DNA of 64,000 nucleotides from Chlorokybus atmophyticus (lineage: Eukaryota > Plantae > Mesostigma and Chlorokybus algae), in the NCBI GenBank assembly GCA_009103225.1, contig RHPI01000638.1:62001-126000 (forward strand), in the 5' to 3' direction. The position numbers and the translations under genes are program-made. The notes under the pieces are model-generated. The model was not told where the DNA came from. It did no database searches and saw nothing but the letters and a program-made list of their open reading frames with translations. Below, piece after piece: positions 11,782 through 24,399 of this stretch; the stretch's first letter is position 1, and each line of letters starts with the position of its first letter.

Positions 11782-12783
11782 AGTGAAGTGGTGGTGGATA
11801 CACACAAGTCCACAACATCATCATCATCCCACCCGTTGCTGTGCATACTCGCTCGCCTTCCCTCCCTTCTCCCAATCAATAAAGCGTCGACTCGTCTCTT
11901 GAAGGAGACTTGACCGCCCACCCCATTCAAAAAAGGAAGACATTAGTTCTTTCCCCCCATTCTTTAGCTTGAGCTTCAGATAGCTATACTGAAGCCGAGC
12001 GTATACGCCTCTTATATATACGTATATAAGATACTACTTGCTAGCAGTCGCTGCTCTCTACTCGAGCTGTACAGCGTAACCTTTTCTGGTTTAATCGAGC
12101 GGGTTGAGCTGCTGACCGAAACCTTCTGTTCCACATTCGCCTCTCTTGTTTGTTGTGAATGTCACGCGTGCTCCAGTGTGATTGGCCAACTGTTGGCGAT
12201 GTGCACACTTGCCCTGAGTGAATTGGCATTGATGCGCCATTTGGAGTTTGCCAGGGGTTGCTTGTATACATACAATGCGAGGTGGATATGCGCTGCTGCA
12301 TCTTCACAATGCTGTGGCATTGCTCGGTCACATAAACTGCATTGCATTCTTTACACACGACACACAGGTGCATGGCACACCCGGGGCAAGCATATACGTG
12401 CCATTGGTACATGTTAGTGACTGTGTTACCTTGTGCGCAAAAGAAAGTTACTGTTGTGCCATGGTTGTGTGCACCTTCACGGATGCCACACACATGCCCA
12501 CAGGTGCACACGCGCACAAACAAGAAGTGACACACAAGCAAACGGACAACGACACCAACACATTGCAGTATTACATAAGGGCATCAGCCAGCTGAGGTAC
12601 TTCGCTACAGTTACATTGCGTGAGAGGCACGCTCAACATGCACTTAGAGTACACAGTTTGCACGTTTCAAGCAGTCTCTGCATATACACGGAAACGGACG
12701 CAAGCAGAGAGCAACACTCTGCTTGTGTGCTAACAACGGAAGCACTGGAAGCACGTCCACTACCAATAATTCTTGCTGTTGCG

Positions 12784-14470
12784 TCAACCGAGTCGGTTCT
12801 TGGGCGGGTTGTACACGACTTGGTTGGTGAGTTTGCGCTCCTCGGTAAACTCCGCAATGTTCTTGGCAGTCACGCGCGCAATCTCCTGAAGCGCTTCAAC
12901 AGTGAAGAAAGCCTACGGTTGGGTGTAAAACAGCATGAGCAACAACACAGCCTTCCCAATCCTGACAAACACACATACACTCGCAATCACGTGCACACAT
13001 ATACAGACACGCACATGCACGCGTGCCAACAACTGACCTGATGAGGGGTGATGAGTACATTCGGGAAGGACAGCATCCGCGTGAAGACCTCGTCCATGAC
13101 AATGTCCTCAGACATGTCCCTAAAGAATATGTTAGCCTCATCTTCATACACATCCATAGCAACACCTCCGATGCGCTTCTGCTCAATCCCAGCAATAACC
13201 GCGCGCGCATCCACAAGTCCACCTCGGCTCGTGTTAATCAGCAACACACCCTGCTTCATTTTGTCTATCTGCTCCTTGCCGATGATGTGATACGTGTCGG
13301 GTAGTAGCGGACAATGCAGCGTGATGATATCCGCACGCGGGAGTATAGAGTCAAGAGAGGCATACTCCATACCCAACGCTTTCAACTCGTCGTTCTGATA
13401 CACGTCGTATCCCAACAACTTGCAACCGAAGCCGTTGAGGATGCGGCTCACGATCGTGCCGATACCACCCGTACCGATCACGCCAACAGTCTTGCCACGC
13501 AAGTCGAAGCCGAGGAGACCGTTGAGCTCAAAGTTGTTCTCGCGCACGCGCGTGTACGCCTTGTGGATCTGCATGTGCGGGTGTGCGGGTGTGTGTTGGG
13601 TGTGATGGTGAGTGTGATGCAACGATAATGTGTGTTAGGTGACTGCACTGCCTTGCCTTTCTGTTGATGCTGAGAAGCAGGCCGATGGCGTGCTCGGCCA
13701 CGGCGTACGGGGAGTAGCGCGGCACGTGGACTACTGTGATGCCCGCCTGTTGAACACACGCAACATCGAGTTGTGCATTCGCTCACTTGTGCCCGACAAG
13801 TCCTGATAAGCATGAGCAAGTTGTATGATGCCCTCGTGTCAATGCACCTTTTCTGCAGCCTCGAGGTCCACGTTGTTGTAACCTTGCAAGACGAAGGTTT
13901 GTGGGCTCAGCAACACTCAACACGCTTGCTGGGTGAGAGGTGAGATGCTGCAAGTCAACAACCTGCCTGTGCATCGCATGGCAATGAGCTTCACGCCCTC
14001 TTCGGCAAAAACGTTGATGACCTGGACAACAACAACAAGTTGTTTTGAATCGCACACACATACACACAGGCGCGCGCATAGTCAACCCAAACACCCTGTA
14101 CCTCCGCGTCGCACTTATCATTCACAAACAGCGACACGACCTGGCACCCTTTCGCCAGCAGCGCCGTCTCCGGCGTGAGCATGGCGGGTAAACATTTCAC
14201 CACCTCCACCTTCCCTCCTTCCTCCGCGCAACTCCCGCCGCCGTGACTCCTCGCAGCCTCCTCTAACGCCGGCACCAGGTACTTCTTGTCGTACTCCTTG
14301 GTGCTGTAGATGGCAACGCAAGGGAAGGGAGTGGGCTTCTTGTCCTTGGTAGCGTCAACAACACCGTCCTCCTTCTTCTGGTCATCCTTCTTGACTTCCA
14401 TTAGGGATGTGTTTGTGGGAGTGGAGCAGGTGACTGTATTGGGGCCGGTGCGGCGGGCGGAGAAGTGCAT
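12784..14470 (-). CDS. ldhA: NAD-dependent D-lactate dehydrogenase (D-2-hydroxyacid dehydrogenase family); exons 14470-14102, 14024-13967, 13882-13848, 13746-13657, 13568-13038, 12912-12784
   Basis: Motifs SLFVND, IAMRCTGYNNVD, VPRYSPYAVAEHA, GKTVGVIGTGGIG, LHCPL, LINTSRGGLVD, DVYEDE and ITPHQAFFT join in frame. The start may instead be the downstream MEVKK. Confidence 0.93.
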
Positions 14471-15750
14471 GCGACGGCGGACTGGGTGGGGAAGTATGGG
14501 AAGAAGAGGGTTATTTCTGCAAAGGGGAGAACGGAAAGAGGTGTGTGTGTGTGTGTGTGTGTGTGGGAGAGGGTACACATGTATGCGTGTGTTGTTGTGT
14601 GGTTGGATGCTTCTTTTTTTTTTTTGGTGTTGAGAACATCGTGCTAGCTCATTAAGGTGGTTGTTAGCAGCTGTTTTGTGCAAGCATGGGTTGTGTCTTT
14701 GTGTGGGAGCATGACTTCTACTCGTTAATGACATTCTTTAATACCTTTCAGAACCACATCCTGTTTCCGGCAACGAACACAACAGATTCGCACACAACAG
14801 ATTGACTGACTCGTCGTAGGAATGCACTAGTGCATATACGAGATGCACCCGCAACACCACCGGCGCTGCATGCTAGCACCAACACCTCCACCTCACAGGA
14901 CTTGACTTGACTCACCTACTCTCTGCGCAACGCCAGGCCAACACAACACAAACAACAACGCTACCACCACGTCACCATACCTCAAGGCTACGCTCCTCTG
15001 AGCGGTGTCCCTCCAGCAGGCCGAGAAGGCGTACTGGCGGCGGCAGCTGACTGTGCTTGTCACTGCGGGCATGGTTCAACGATCAACCACTAGTACTGAC
15101 GAGCGTGGTCAAACACCTCTTTTCCAAAGGGACAAACCACCTTACGCCACAGCGGCCGGATCTGCTGCTGAGAGATGGCGTCATGCCATCAATGCATCAG
15201 TCAGTCCGCAATCTCTGTGTGCCTTGGGCGCGGTACGAGCTTGGGACAGTGCTGCACCACTTGGCAGACTCAGAGCTGAGGACGTGGCGTCGTCGTCTTG
15301 CGCAGCGGCGGCGGCGGCGAGGAGGAGGGCGGCGGCGGAGGCAAGGTGAAGGGGAGAGACGGGGACGGTATGGAGTTGTAGGGGCTTGAGACGCTGTGTC
15401 AGTCGTGCCGGCCTGGTCGCCAGGCTTCTAGGGGTGTTTCGCCGACTGAGAGAGCGTTGCAGGTGGGCAGGGTGTGTGGTTGTGTGTACACAGAAGAGTA
15501 AGCTTGCATTGTGTGTGTGGTTTGTCTCCCTGTTGAGTGATGTTTTTGGTACGCCAACATTATTACTGAAAGCGCACTGCTTTATGCGGGTGGAAAACCC
15601 TACAAGCTGTGTGTGGATTACAGCAAGTGCATGCAGTCGTCGAGGGTAGGTTAAAACCTCCCACGTGAGATGCATGTGATTCACATGCATGTTGGGGAGA
15701 TTGAACTTAATCAAATCGCTCTTTCTGCAAGCAGGTTGGTCAACACACTG

Positions 15751-17921
15751 ATGGCTTCAGCCTTCAGCACAATGGTGACAGTCAGCCTCCTCCCTACCCC
15801 ACACATCCCAACCACACACCACGCTAAACAACAACAAAAACAACAGCTACCCGGTTCGCTGCATGCAAGGCCCAGAAGCTTCAGCCACAACAGGCCAACA
15901 CACCATCACCACCATCACGTCATGACCGTGACCGCAACCGCTACAACCCCAACATCCTCATCACCACCATCCTCAACCAGGCCAGGCCTCGCCACCGTAT
16001 CTGACTTGTCCGAGCGTCTCGTCGAGTTAGAACTACATGTCAAAGGCTCTCTCCCCGCGTGGCTTTCGGGTACTCTGCTCATCAACGGTCCCGGGAGATT
16101 CGACGCGGGGGACGCCGGCAGACTCAAACACCTGTTCGATGGGTATGCGCTTATCGCGAAGTTTCGGGTTGATGGGAAGGGGAGAGTGTTTGAGAGTCAC
16201 CGGTATGTGGAGAGTGATGCGTATAAGAGCGTACGGGACAATGGCAAGATGAGGTAATGTGCGCGTGCGTGGGTGCACGCGAATTTGTGTCGAAGTGCAT
16301 GTGCGCATGCGCACGCATGCATGCATGAGCATGTGCGTGCGTGTGTGCGTGTGTGCATGTGTTGGTTATGTGTGTGCGCGAATGCACGTAACCAACATGT
16401 GCTCACTCTCTTCTCCTTGCTGGGCAGGTATCGTGAGTTCGGGACTGGAGTGAAGAAAAACTTGTTGGGAAGGATCGGCAGTGTTGTTGAACAGATTGCT
16501 GGCAGCGGCGTGACAGACAACAGCGGCGTGTCTGTGCATCGCATCGCCAGTGGCGAAACCCTCACGTTCACAGGTACGCAACGCGAGACATACACTCACC
16601 CACCCACACGTTCACACAGAGACTAACCCCACCCACCCGCATCAGAAACTGTGCGAGGCACATTCGTGATCGATCCCGACACGCTCTCAACGGTGCGTCG
16701 CTTCGCTTACGGCGACAGCGACATCCGCGCGGACCTCGCCACGGCCCACCCTTACATCGACGGCGATGAGATGATCAATGTGTTCACGAGTCCGGCGCCA
16801 GCCTCATACAACGTGTGTCGAGTCCACACGGGTTCCAACAACAAGAGAGAGCTCATCGCCAAAGTCCCGTGCCAGGGTGCCACGCCAGGTTGGGTCCACT
16901 CTTTCGGCTTGTCCAAAAACTATGTCATAGTACCCGACATGCCTATCAGATACAACCTATCGGCGTTGCTGTTGGACAAAGAGTTGAAGTATTGCGCCTT
17001 TGATTGGTTCCCCGAAGAAAGCACAATTTTCAACATCATTCATCGCAAGACAGGCAAGGTGAAGCAAGTGAAGGCTCCACCCTTCTTCGTGTTCCACTTT
17101 ATCAATGCCTTTGAGAGGGATGAAGATCAAGTCTGCATTGATGCGTGTCTCTACGATGATCCTGAGATTGTGGCGAGTCTCACGCTGGAAAACTTAGAAG
17201 CATGGCCTGGAGTTGATCTCCCGCAGTCGAGAGTGGTGCGCATCACGCTGCCGTTGGGGGAGAGTGATCGCGCCATATGCGAGACCGTCGTGGAGCCGAG
17301 GTGGGGACCTTTGATGCATCTGGTGCGCGTGTGCGTGATGTTGTGATGTGACATGCTCTGTCCTTGTGTGGCAGTACGCATGGGTTCTTCACCGATCTGC
17401 CGACAATCAACCCCGCGTACAGTGGTCAGCCTTACCGATACGCGTACACGACGGCAGCCAACCGCCCCACAAATGTTAACAATGCCCTCGCAAAGGTGTG
17501 CGTGTGCGTGTGTTACGCTCAAGACTTGCATGCATGAGCGTCGTTGCTGTTATTGACAAGAAGTTGTTGGACAGATGGACCTCGATGCTGGCACAGCCGT
17601 CACATGGCATGAAGAGGGCTGCACTGTACAGGTATGTTGGACACATGCACACATCCAATTGCATACCACACAATACAATGGAGCACAGCATGTGGTGAGA
17701 GCTAACTTCTAACTAACACGCACTTGCAGGAGCCGTATTATGTGGCCAAGCCGGGCGCAAGTGGTGAGAACGACGGCGTGGTCCTGAGCGTTGTCAACGA
17801 TGATAAGGGCGACGGCTTCCTGCTGGTGCTGGACGCGAAGAGCTTCAAGGAGGTCGCACGCGCGCAGCTGCCGGGCGGCATGCCGTACCACTTCCACGGC
17901 ACCTTCTTGCCGAGTCAATGA
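15751..17921 (+). CDS. CCD8-like: Carotenoid cleavage dioxygenase, CCD8-like (RPE65 family) with a transit-peptide-like N-terminus; exons 15751-16253, 16428-16573, 16646-17300, 17375-17495, 17575-17631, 17730-17921
   Basis: LPAWLSGTLLINGPG, KHLFDGY, YREF, TDN; four Fe-ligand His motifs (TAHP, PGWVHSF, FHFINAFE, HFHG); INPAYSGQPYRYAY, WHEEG, EPYYVAKPG, DGVVLS. All introns GT-AG and in frame. Confidence 0.9.
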
Positions 17922-18106
17922 GAGCTGCGTTAATGCATACAGCGCAGAGAGTTGGCGTGGGTGCGAACAAGTGGCTTTCCAAGTATACTACGCAGGTCAC
18001 ACTTCAATGTTCAACTTGTGGTGGTGGTAGAGGGGGGGGGAGATGCTTTTCGCTATCGCATCACTATGCACTTGAATGTTTAAGGCCTGAAGCACGATGC
18101 TTGTTG

Positions 18107-18107
<1 letters not shown>

Positions 18108-18140
<33 letters not shown>

Positions 18141-19042
18141 NNNNNNNNNNNNNNNNNNNNNNNNNNNNNNNNNNNNNNNNNNNNNNNNNNNNNNNNNNNN
18201 NNNNNNNNNNNNNNNNNNNNNNNNNNNNNNNNNNNNNNNNNNNNNNNNNNNNNNNNNNNNNNNNNNNNNNNNNNNNNNNNNNNNNNNNNNNNNNNNNNNN
18301 NNNNNNNNNNNNNNNNNNNNNNNNNNNNNNNNNNNNNNNNNNNNNNNNNNNNNNNNNNNNNNNNNNNNNNNNNNNNNNNNNNNNNNNNNNNNNNNNNNNN
18401 NNNNNNNNNNNNNNNNNNNNNNNNNNNNNNNNNNNNNNNNNNNNNNNNNNNNNNNNNNNNNNNNNNNNNNNNNNNNNNNNNNNNNNNNNNNNNNNNNNNN
18501 NNNNNNNNNNNNNNNNNNNNNNNNNNNNNNNNNNNNNNNNNNNNNNNNNNNNNNNNNNNNNNNNNNNNNNNNNNNNNNNNNNNNNNNNNNNNNNNNNNNN
18601 NNNNNNNNNNNNNNNNNNNNNNNNNNNNNNNNNNNNNNNNNNNNNNNNNNNNNNNNNNNNNNNNNNNNNNNNNNNNNNNNNNNNNNNNNNNNNNNNNNNN
18701 NNNNNNNNNNNNNNNNNNNNNNNNNNNNNNNNNNNNNNNNNNNNNNNNNNNNNNNNNNNNNNNNNNNNNNNNNNNNNNNNNNNNNNNNNNNNNNNNNNNN
18801 NNNNNNNNNNNNNNNNNNNNNNNNNNNNNNNNNNNNNNNNNNNNNNNNNNNNNNNNNNNNNNNNNNNNNNNNNNNNNNNNNNNNNNNNNNNNNNNNNNNN
18901 NNNNNNNNNNNNNNNNNNNNNNNNNNNNNNNNNNNNNNNNNNNNNNNNNNNNNNNNNNNNNNNNNNNNNNNNNNNNNNNNNNNNNNNNNNNNNNNNNNNN
19001 NNNNNNNNNNNNNNNNNNNATATATATATATATATATATATA
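18108..19042. repeat. (TA)n microsatellites flanking an assembly gap (N 18141-19019)
   Basis: Seen directly. Confidence 0.97.
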
Positions 19043-21480
19043 TGACGTGCATGTAACTGTAGAATACTCCTGATGAGTATTTCAATGCATGTGTGCATCA
19101 TTTCGTGCAGCTGCTTCTTAGTGTTTTGTTGATCAATAAACTCTTCGCGACACAGGGTAGACGATATTGTGCATGCCATTTATAATTGTAATTGTTGGGA
19201 ATGCTTACCCACAATTGAAAAAAAGTATGTGCGAGCACAACCGGTTGCAAACAACAATAGATGCTTGGTACGCACATACAGATTATATATATATGATGTA
19301 AACTGCATATCAGTGATATAGGCGAAATTTGAGGCAAATTGCCAAGGTTGTCATGGCATATATATGATTAAGTGTTATTGTTATTTGGTTAAGCACAACC
19401 GTTGATGTACCTATTATTTTTTTTCCAGATCTCGTACGCACGCATTACGCTGGTTCCATTACCAACCCCAACTCTCTTCGCTCTGCTGGTTGATGCTATG
19501 ATTTGTGCATCTTCAGCATCTGACTGCTGCTTTGTAAGGGGCTAGATAAGAGTCTAAGTTTAGCTCTTATTAAAGGCTGTCAAGTGTGCGTTGCAAAGTT
19601 TTAGCTATGCCTTAACCCCCGTCAGATTGACTGCTATTGTACACAGAATGCAACAAGGATCCCCGTCGCATCTGATCTATGGGTATATAAATTGGTTGCA
19701 TGCATGACACGCATGCAATCCATAAACATGTGCTTGCGTATGCTTGTGTTGCCTTCTGTTTGGTTGCCTATGGCACATTTTCTTTGAGCGTGCCTTGTGC
19801 AGCTTCCATGCGATTTACGTTGCACCTGATCGTAGATCCAAGCCTTTTCTGCCTCGCACGATGCAAGGCACAGCAAAGACTTGTGTGCTGCACCGGTAGC
19901 CATCACATCAATTTGGCTACCATCATCAGCTCCGCCACTGCACCAGTTGTACAAAATGTATCCTTTGCGGGTCCCTAAGCATTAGCATGCCCTAACTCCC
20001 TAACTGCCTGCACCGTCGATCACGGATCGAACGGCAGACAGAGAATTGCTATCGTGGCCGCTTCTGCTACAGGAGTTTCTCAACCGTTAAGCAACAAACG
20101 GCCGACGCGTTCGTTGGTACAACTTTGCGGCAAGTCGCGAGCCAGACCCCAATTCCCAAAACCCCAAACCCCCAAAACATAAGCAAGGTTCGCCCGGATT
20201 TGGCATTCCACGGTTTGACCGCGGACGCCCCCCGGTGCTGCCTTTTGATTTCGTGGTTATGCGTTGAACAACCGCCCTGTAACGTTCGGGCTCGTCCGTT
20301 CGGGGGTTTTCTCTGCCAGACAACGGTGGGCTTCCGCAACGCGCCGCCGTTCCAATTCGCACGGGGGATCGGACTGCTAATGACGACGCGCCTGTTTATA
20401 TATGGGGCTGTGAACGCTTAACGCCCGGTCGCATCTCTCGTGGGAGCGCCAGTCGCGGTTTGACAAGTTGATGATGCGAGTTGTAATAATAACCCGCATA
20501 CCGGGAATGCACATGCTTTGGGCGTTGAATTGACAGCAATGCGATCATAACCTCTACCAATCAAGCCCCCTCACCAATCAATGCAAATCCGCAGTTGCTA
20601 TACTGAAGCCTTCAGTCTGAAGGGGTTGCGCCTGTTGCTCTTGAAAGGCAATAACGCATGAGACGCGGTCATGTTTTGCATGTCTGAGCCTTATCTTAGG
20701 GATATGCAAGTTGACGGATGCAAGTTGACGGTCGACTATGTGCTTTATTACCTTGTAGTTTGTAATTGTGCAGTATAAGTCATTATACGCTATTTTTGTA
20801 CTATTGGCAATGCATGTTCTTTGCACGCAACTCGCTTAGTATAAAACCTGAGAACTACAACTTACAATATGGCAATATATTAATAGGAAGTCTTATGGTG
20901 AGATGTCTATTTATTGGTGTGTTGAGATTATATATAACGGTATTGTACACATTAACACAAAACTATCATATATGTTGTGGGATATGTTTTTGGTAATCAT
21001 GCATGCTAGCGCAGTCTGTGTTTATATTCTTGCCATATTATGGTATGACCATGCTAATCTTTGCCCATGGATGCAGTGGTATATGTACATTGTGTTAATA
21101 TGCATGCTTATGGTCATTGAAGAAAATAGTATGATAAGCAATATGAAACAATACATTTGCAATAATGTAATATGAAATGACCATGTTCGCTACAACTGCA
21201 CTGCACAATGTGCATTGAGTGATATTCCTTATCAGTGTGTATAATGCTTCAAATATGGTTGGATTAAAGCAAACCTCGCTACAAAACCTCCAATCTTGAT
21301 TGATTGAAGCGTAAGAAATTACTAATAATGTGTTACATGAATTCCCATATGATCCCTAGATCATGGCGAACGTGATTAAACTGGCCCTTTTAGGGTTGGA
21401 GCAGAAGCTTAGCATTTGCTATGCTGTGGTAATATGTGCGAAATGTATCAAAAGTTATATTCTTCGTGTGTTATACAACC

Positions 21481-21890
<410 letters not shown>

Positions 21891-22131
21891 GTGCAGAGTA
21901 TAATGTGAGGAGGTTTTTGTGCTTTGTTTACAATTGGCTGGCCTGTCATTGTGATATCCACTGACTGCATCATCACACACACTCATCACAACATTGTGCC
22001 CGCACGCAGAGCACTCGCTTTCAGCAATGTTTTTGCTGCCTAATTGACATAGCTCTGATGCGAAAACACTCAAGTAGAAGCAATGTACACATCTAGACTG
22101 TGCAACCTGCAATGCAGCAAGGTATTGGGCC

Positions 22132-23985
22132 TTATTGTTTGCTAATCATTGTCAGCAACGGATAGCACGTGTCAGTCTCATACCCCGCCCAAGCTCCTCT
22201 ATCTCGCAATAACTGTTCATGGACACTCCAAACTCTTCTGTTATACCTGTCAGTTGTGCTCACCTGCCAGGCTGCATTTTGTCGGGTAATGACGTCGACA
22301 AACTCCGGCAGTGTGGATCCTCGAGCTGGATTAAGCAGCACTGCAACACCATCACTGCGTAGCAACTTGGATACTGTTGCTACAAAGCAACCATGACTTT
22401 GTTGGAAGAAGGCACTGTACCACAAAATAAGCAGCAATCAGATGCAAGTGCAGGTCCAAGTACTACCACTGTGGCATTGGTTGTGCATTGCAGCAGTTGA
22501 ACAGTGAAGACGCTGCTTACCAATCAGCAGCAATCACAGTGTCAAATGTTTCTGTGCAGTCACCCATAACGCCCCACCGGTTCAATCTGCTGCGGACTGT
22601 GGTTTGGCCAAAGCTGCTGCTGTTTGCTTGAATTGTCTTCTCCAAACCTGCAGCAAGCACGGCTGTTGGACACCAGCTGCACAGGTAGCGACCTCCATGC
22701 TCATGTTGCAACCAGCCAACAGTGATAATTCGGGATACATCGACAATCTGAAACCCGAAATGCAAATGGCGTTGTCCACGTACGTTCAACGACATCTGGA
22801 TTGCCATCTGTCAGCAGCACGTACTCTGCATCCGAGCACGCTGCAACTGCAAGCCCAGCCAGGCCGTAACCAGCTCCGAGTTCGATAACTCGCTTGCCAC
22901 TGCATGACAAGAAGTTGGTAAAGCCAGCTCTCCAACTGCCTTCTCTTCTTGCCCAAGTAATGGCAACATCCAGTGCTTGCAAGCTGGCTTGTCATTCATG
23001 TCATGGTGGGTGTGGAGTACAGGTATGCTTCAATAATTGCTGGTGGCAGAGCCGTGGACTAACAAACAGTCCGAGACAATACCAGATTGTTGCTTACGCA
23101 AACAGATGGTGGTTGCTGATGCAGTAGTAGGCCAGAACTTCTTCGGCCGGCCAGACACCTGGGATGCGCCATCAGGTGTGTTCTCATTGCCTCGAATTTA
23201 TGTGTGAACAGTAGCGCTTACAGGCAACACCCGTGCTGTCGATGTCGATGCTGCGCACAACATCATTCCATCTCACAGTCCCTTCTGCCCGCTGCCTGCC
23301 ACCACATGACACAATGCATTGTGATGGCCAATTGAAAGAGCAGTATGTTTGCACTGGAAGCAAAGACAAGTTGAGCGCCACAAGACAATCATGGAATTGA
23401 GCGATGACAATGAGGGATGAAGGAGGAATGGAGGAGACAATGACAGGCGCACTATGTCTGAACAATGCACACATGCTAGCAATACCAAAATAGCTGCGTC
23501 TTTCAGGTTGGAACACGACCTCGTTGGCAACACTCAGCTCACGGGCATGCAACCAGTTAATAATCGCCGTTATGGACGAGCATGCAAAGATTGCTTGCAC
23601 ACGCAGACAAGACGGCAGGTGTACTTACCGGATCGTTAATTTCACGCACTTATCGCCACAATCAGAGAGCGGAAGCTGGTATTCCACCACCTTTTCATCG
23701 TCCAGCTCCTCCTTGCCGGCGCTTTGGTCCAAGACGGTGCTCTGTATCAGGCCATACCCAGCCACAGGGCGGCGGGTCACCTCCTCGTTGCCCACAGCTG
23801 AAAGCAAAACATACATACACCATATAAACATAGCAGCCTCCATCCCCTGCAGTGCTTGCACGAGGCAACGACAGCAGTCTCGTTACACACAGGCACAGCT
23901 TCACACACACGTGTAATGCCTTACTGCTGCTCTTCTTCTCTTGCACAAGGTCCGCCAGCAGCTTCCACCGCCGGCGTCCTGCCAT
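22132..23985 (-). CDS. CAMKMT: Calmodulin-lysine N-methyltransferase (Methyltransf_16 family), 7 exons
   Basis: MAGRRRWKLL, VTRRPVAGYGLI, IDIDSTGVACVWPAEEVLAYYC, GKRVIELGAGYGLAG, VLLTDGNPDVVE, FDTVIAADCAFF, NPARGSTL and YETDTCYPLL, joined in frame by GT-AG introns. Confidence 0.88.
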
Positions 23986-24399
23986 GCACGCCACGATGAA
24001 GCGACAGCGTCAAGCAAGCAGTGTCGTCATTTCCCCGATTAAACAACGACCTCAATAGTTCTCAGGATGTCCCCGATTGCGCAAGCTGATTACGAGTTAT
24101 ACTAGAGATAACTCTTAGGCGCGTGTTGGTCCGTAGTACTGTTTCATGGTTACCCCGGTATTTTACAAGTTGGCAAACTGCCAGTGGCACAGCACAAGCC
24201 TAGCGCAGCTGTTGGCGTCGCTGAGCGACGGTCGCTCTGCAAGTGGCTGTGGTGGGCGAGGGCACGGGCGAGGATGTCGGCAGGCGTAGCCTTGTTGACG
24301 TTAATGTTGGCTTTCTCTTTTGACTGGCGTGGTTGCTGCCTTCAGGTCGAAGCTCAGGACTAGTCTTGTCAACTAAGTTAACGCTTCAGCAAGTTGGCC

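Noticed and set aside
17918-19179. 300+ aa ORFs across 18141-19019, and similar ORFs at 776-1238, 41079-41877 and 52967-53356
   Set aside because: They are open only because of N gaps and dinucleotide repeats.
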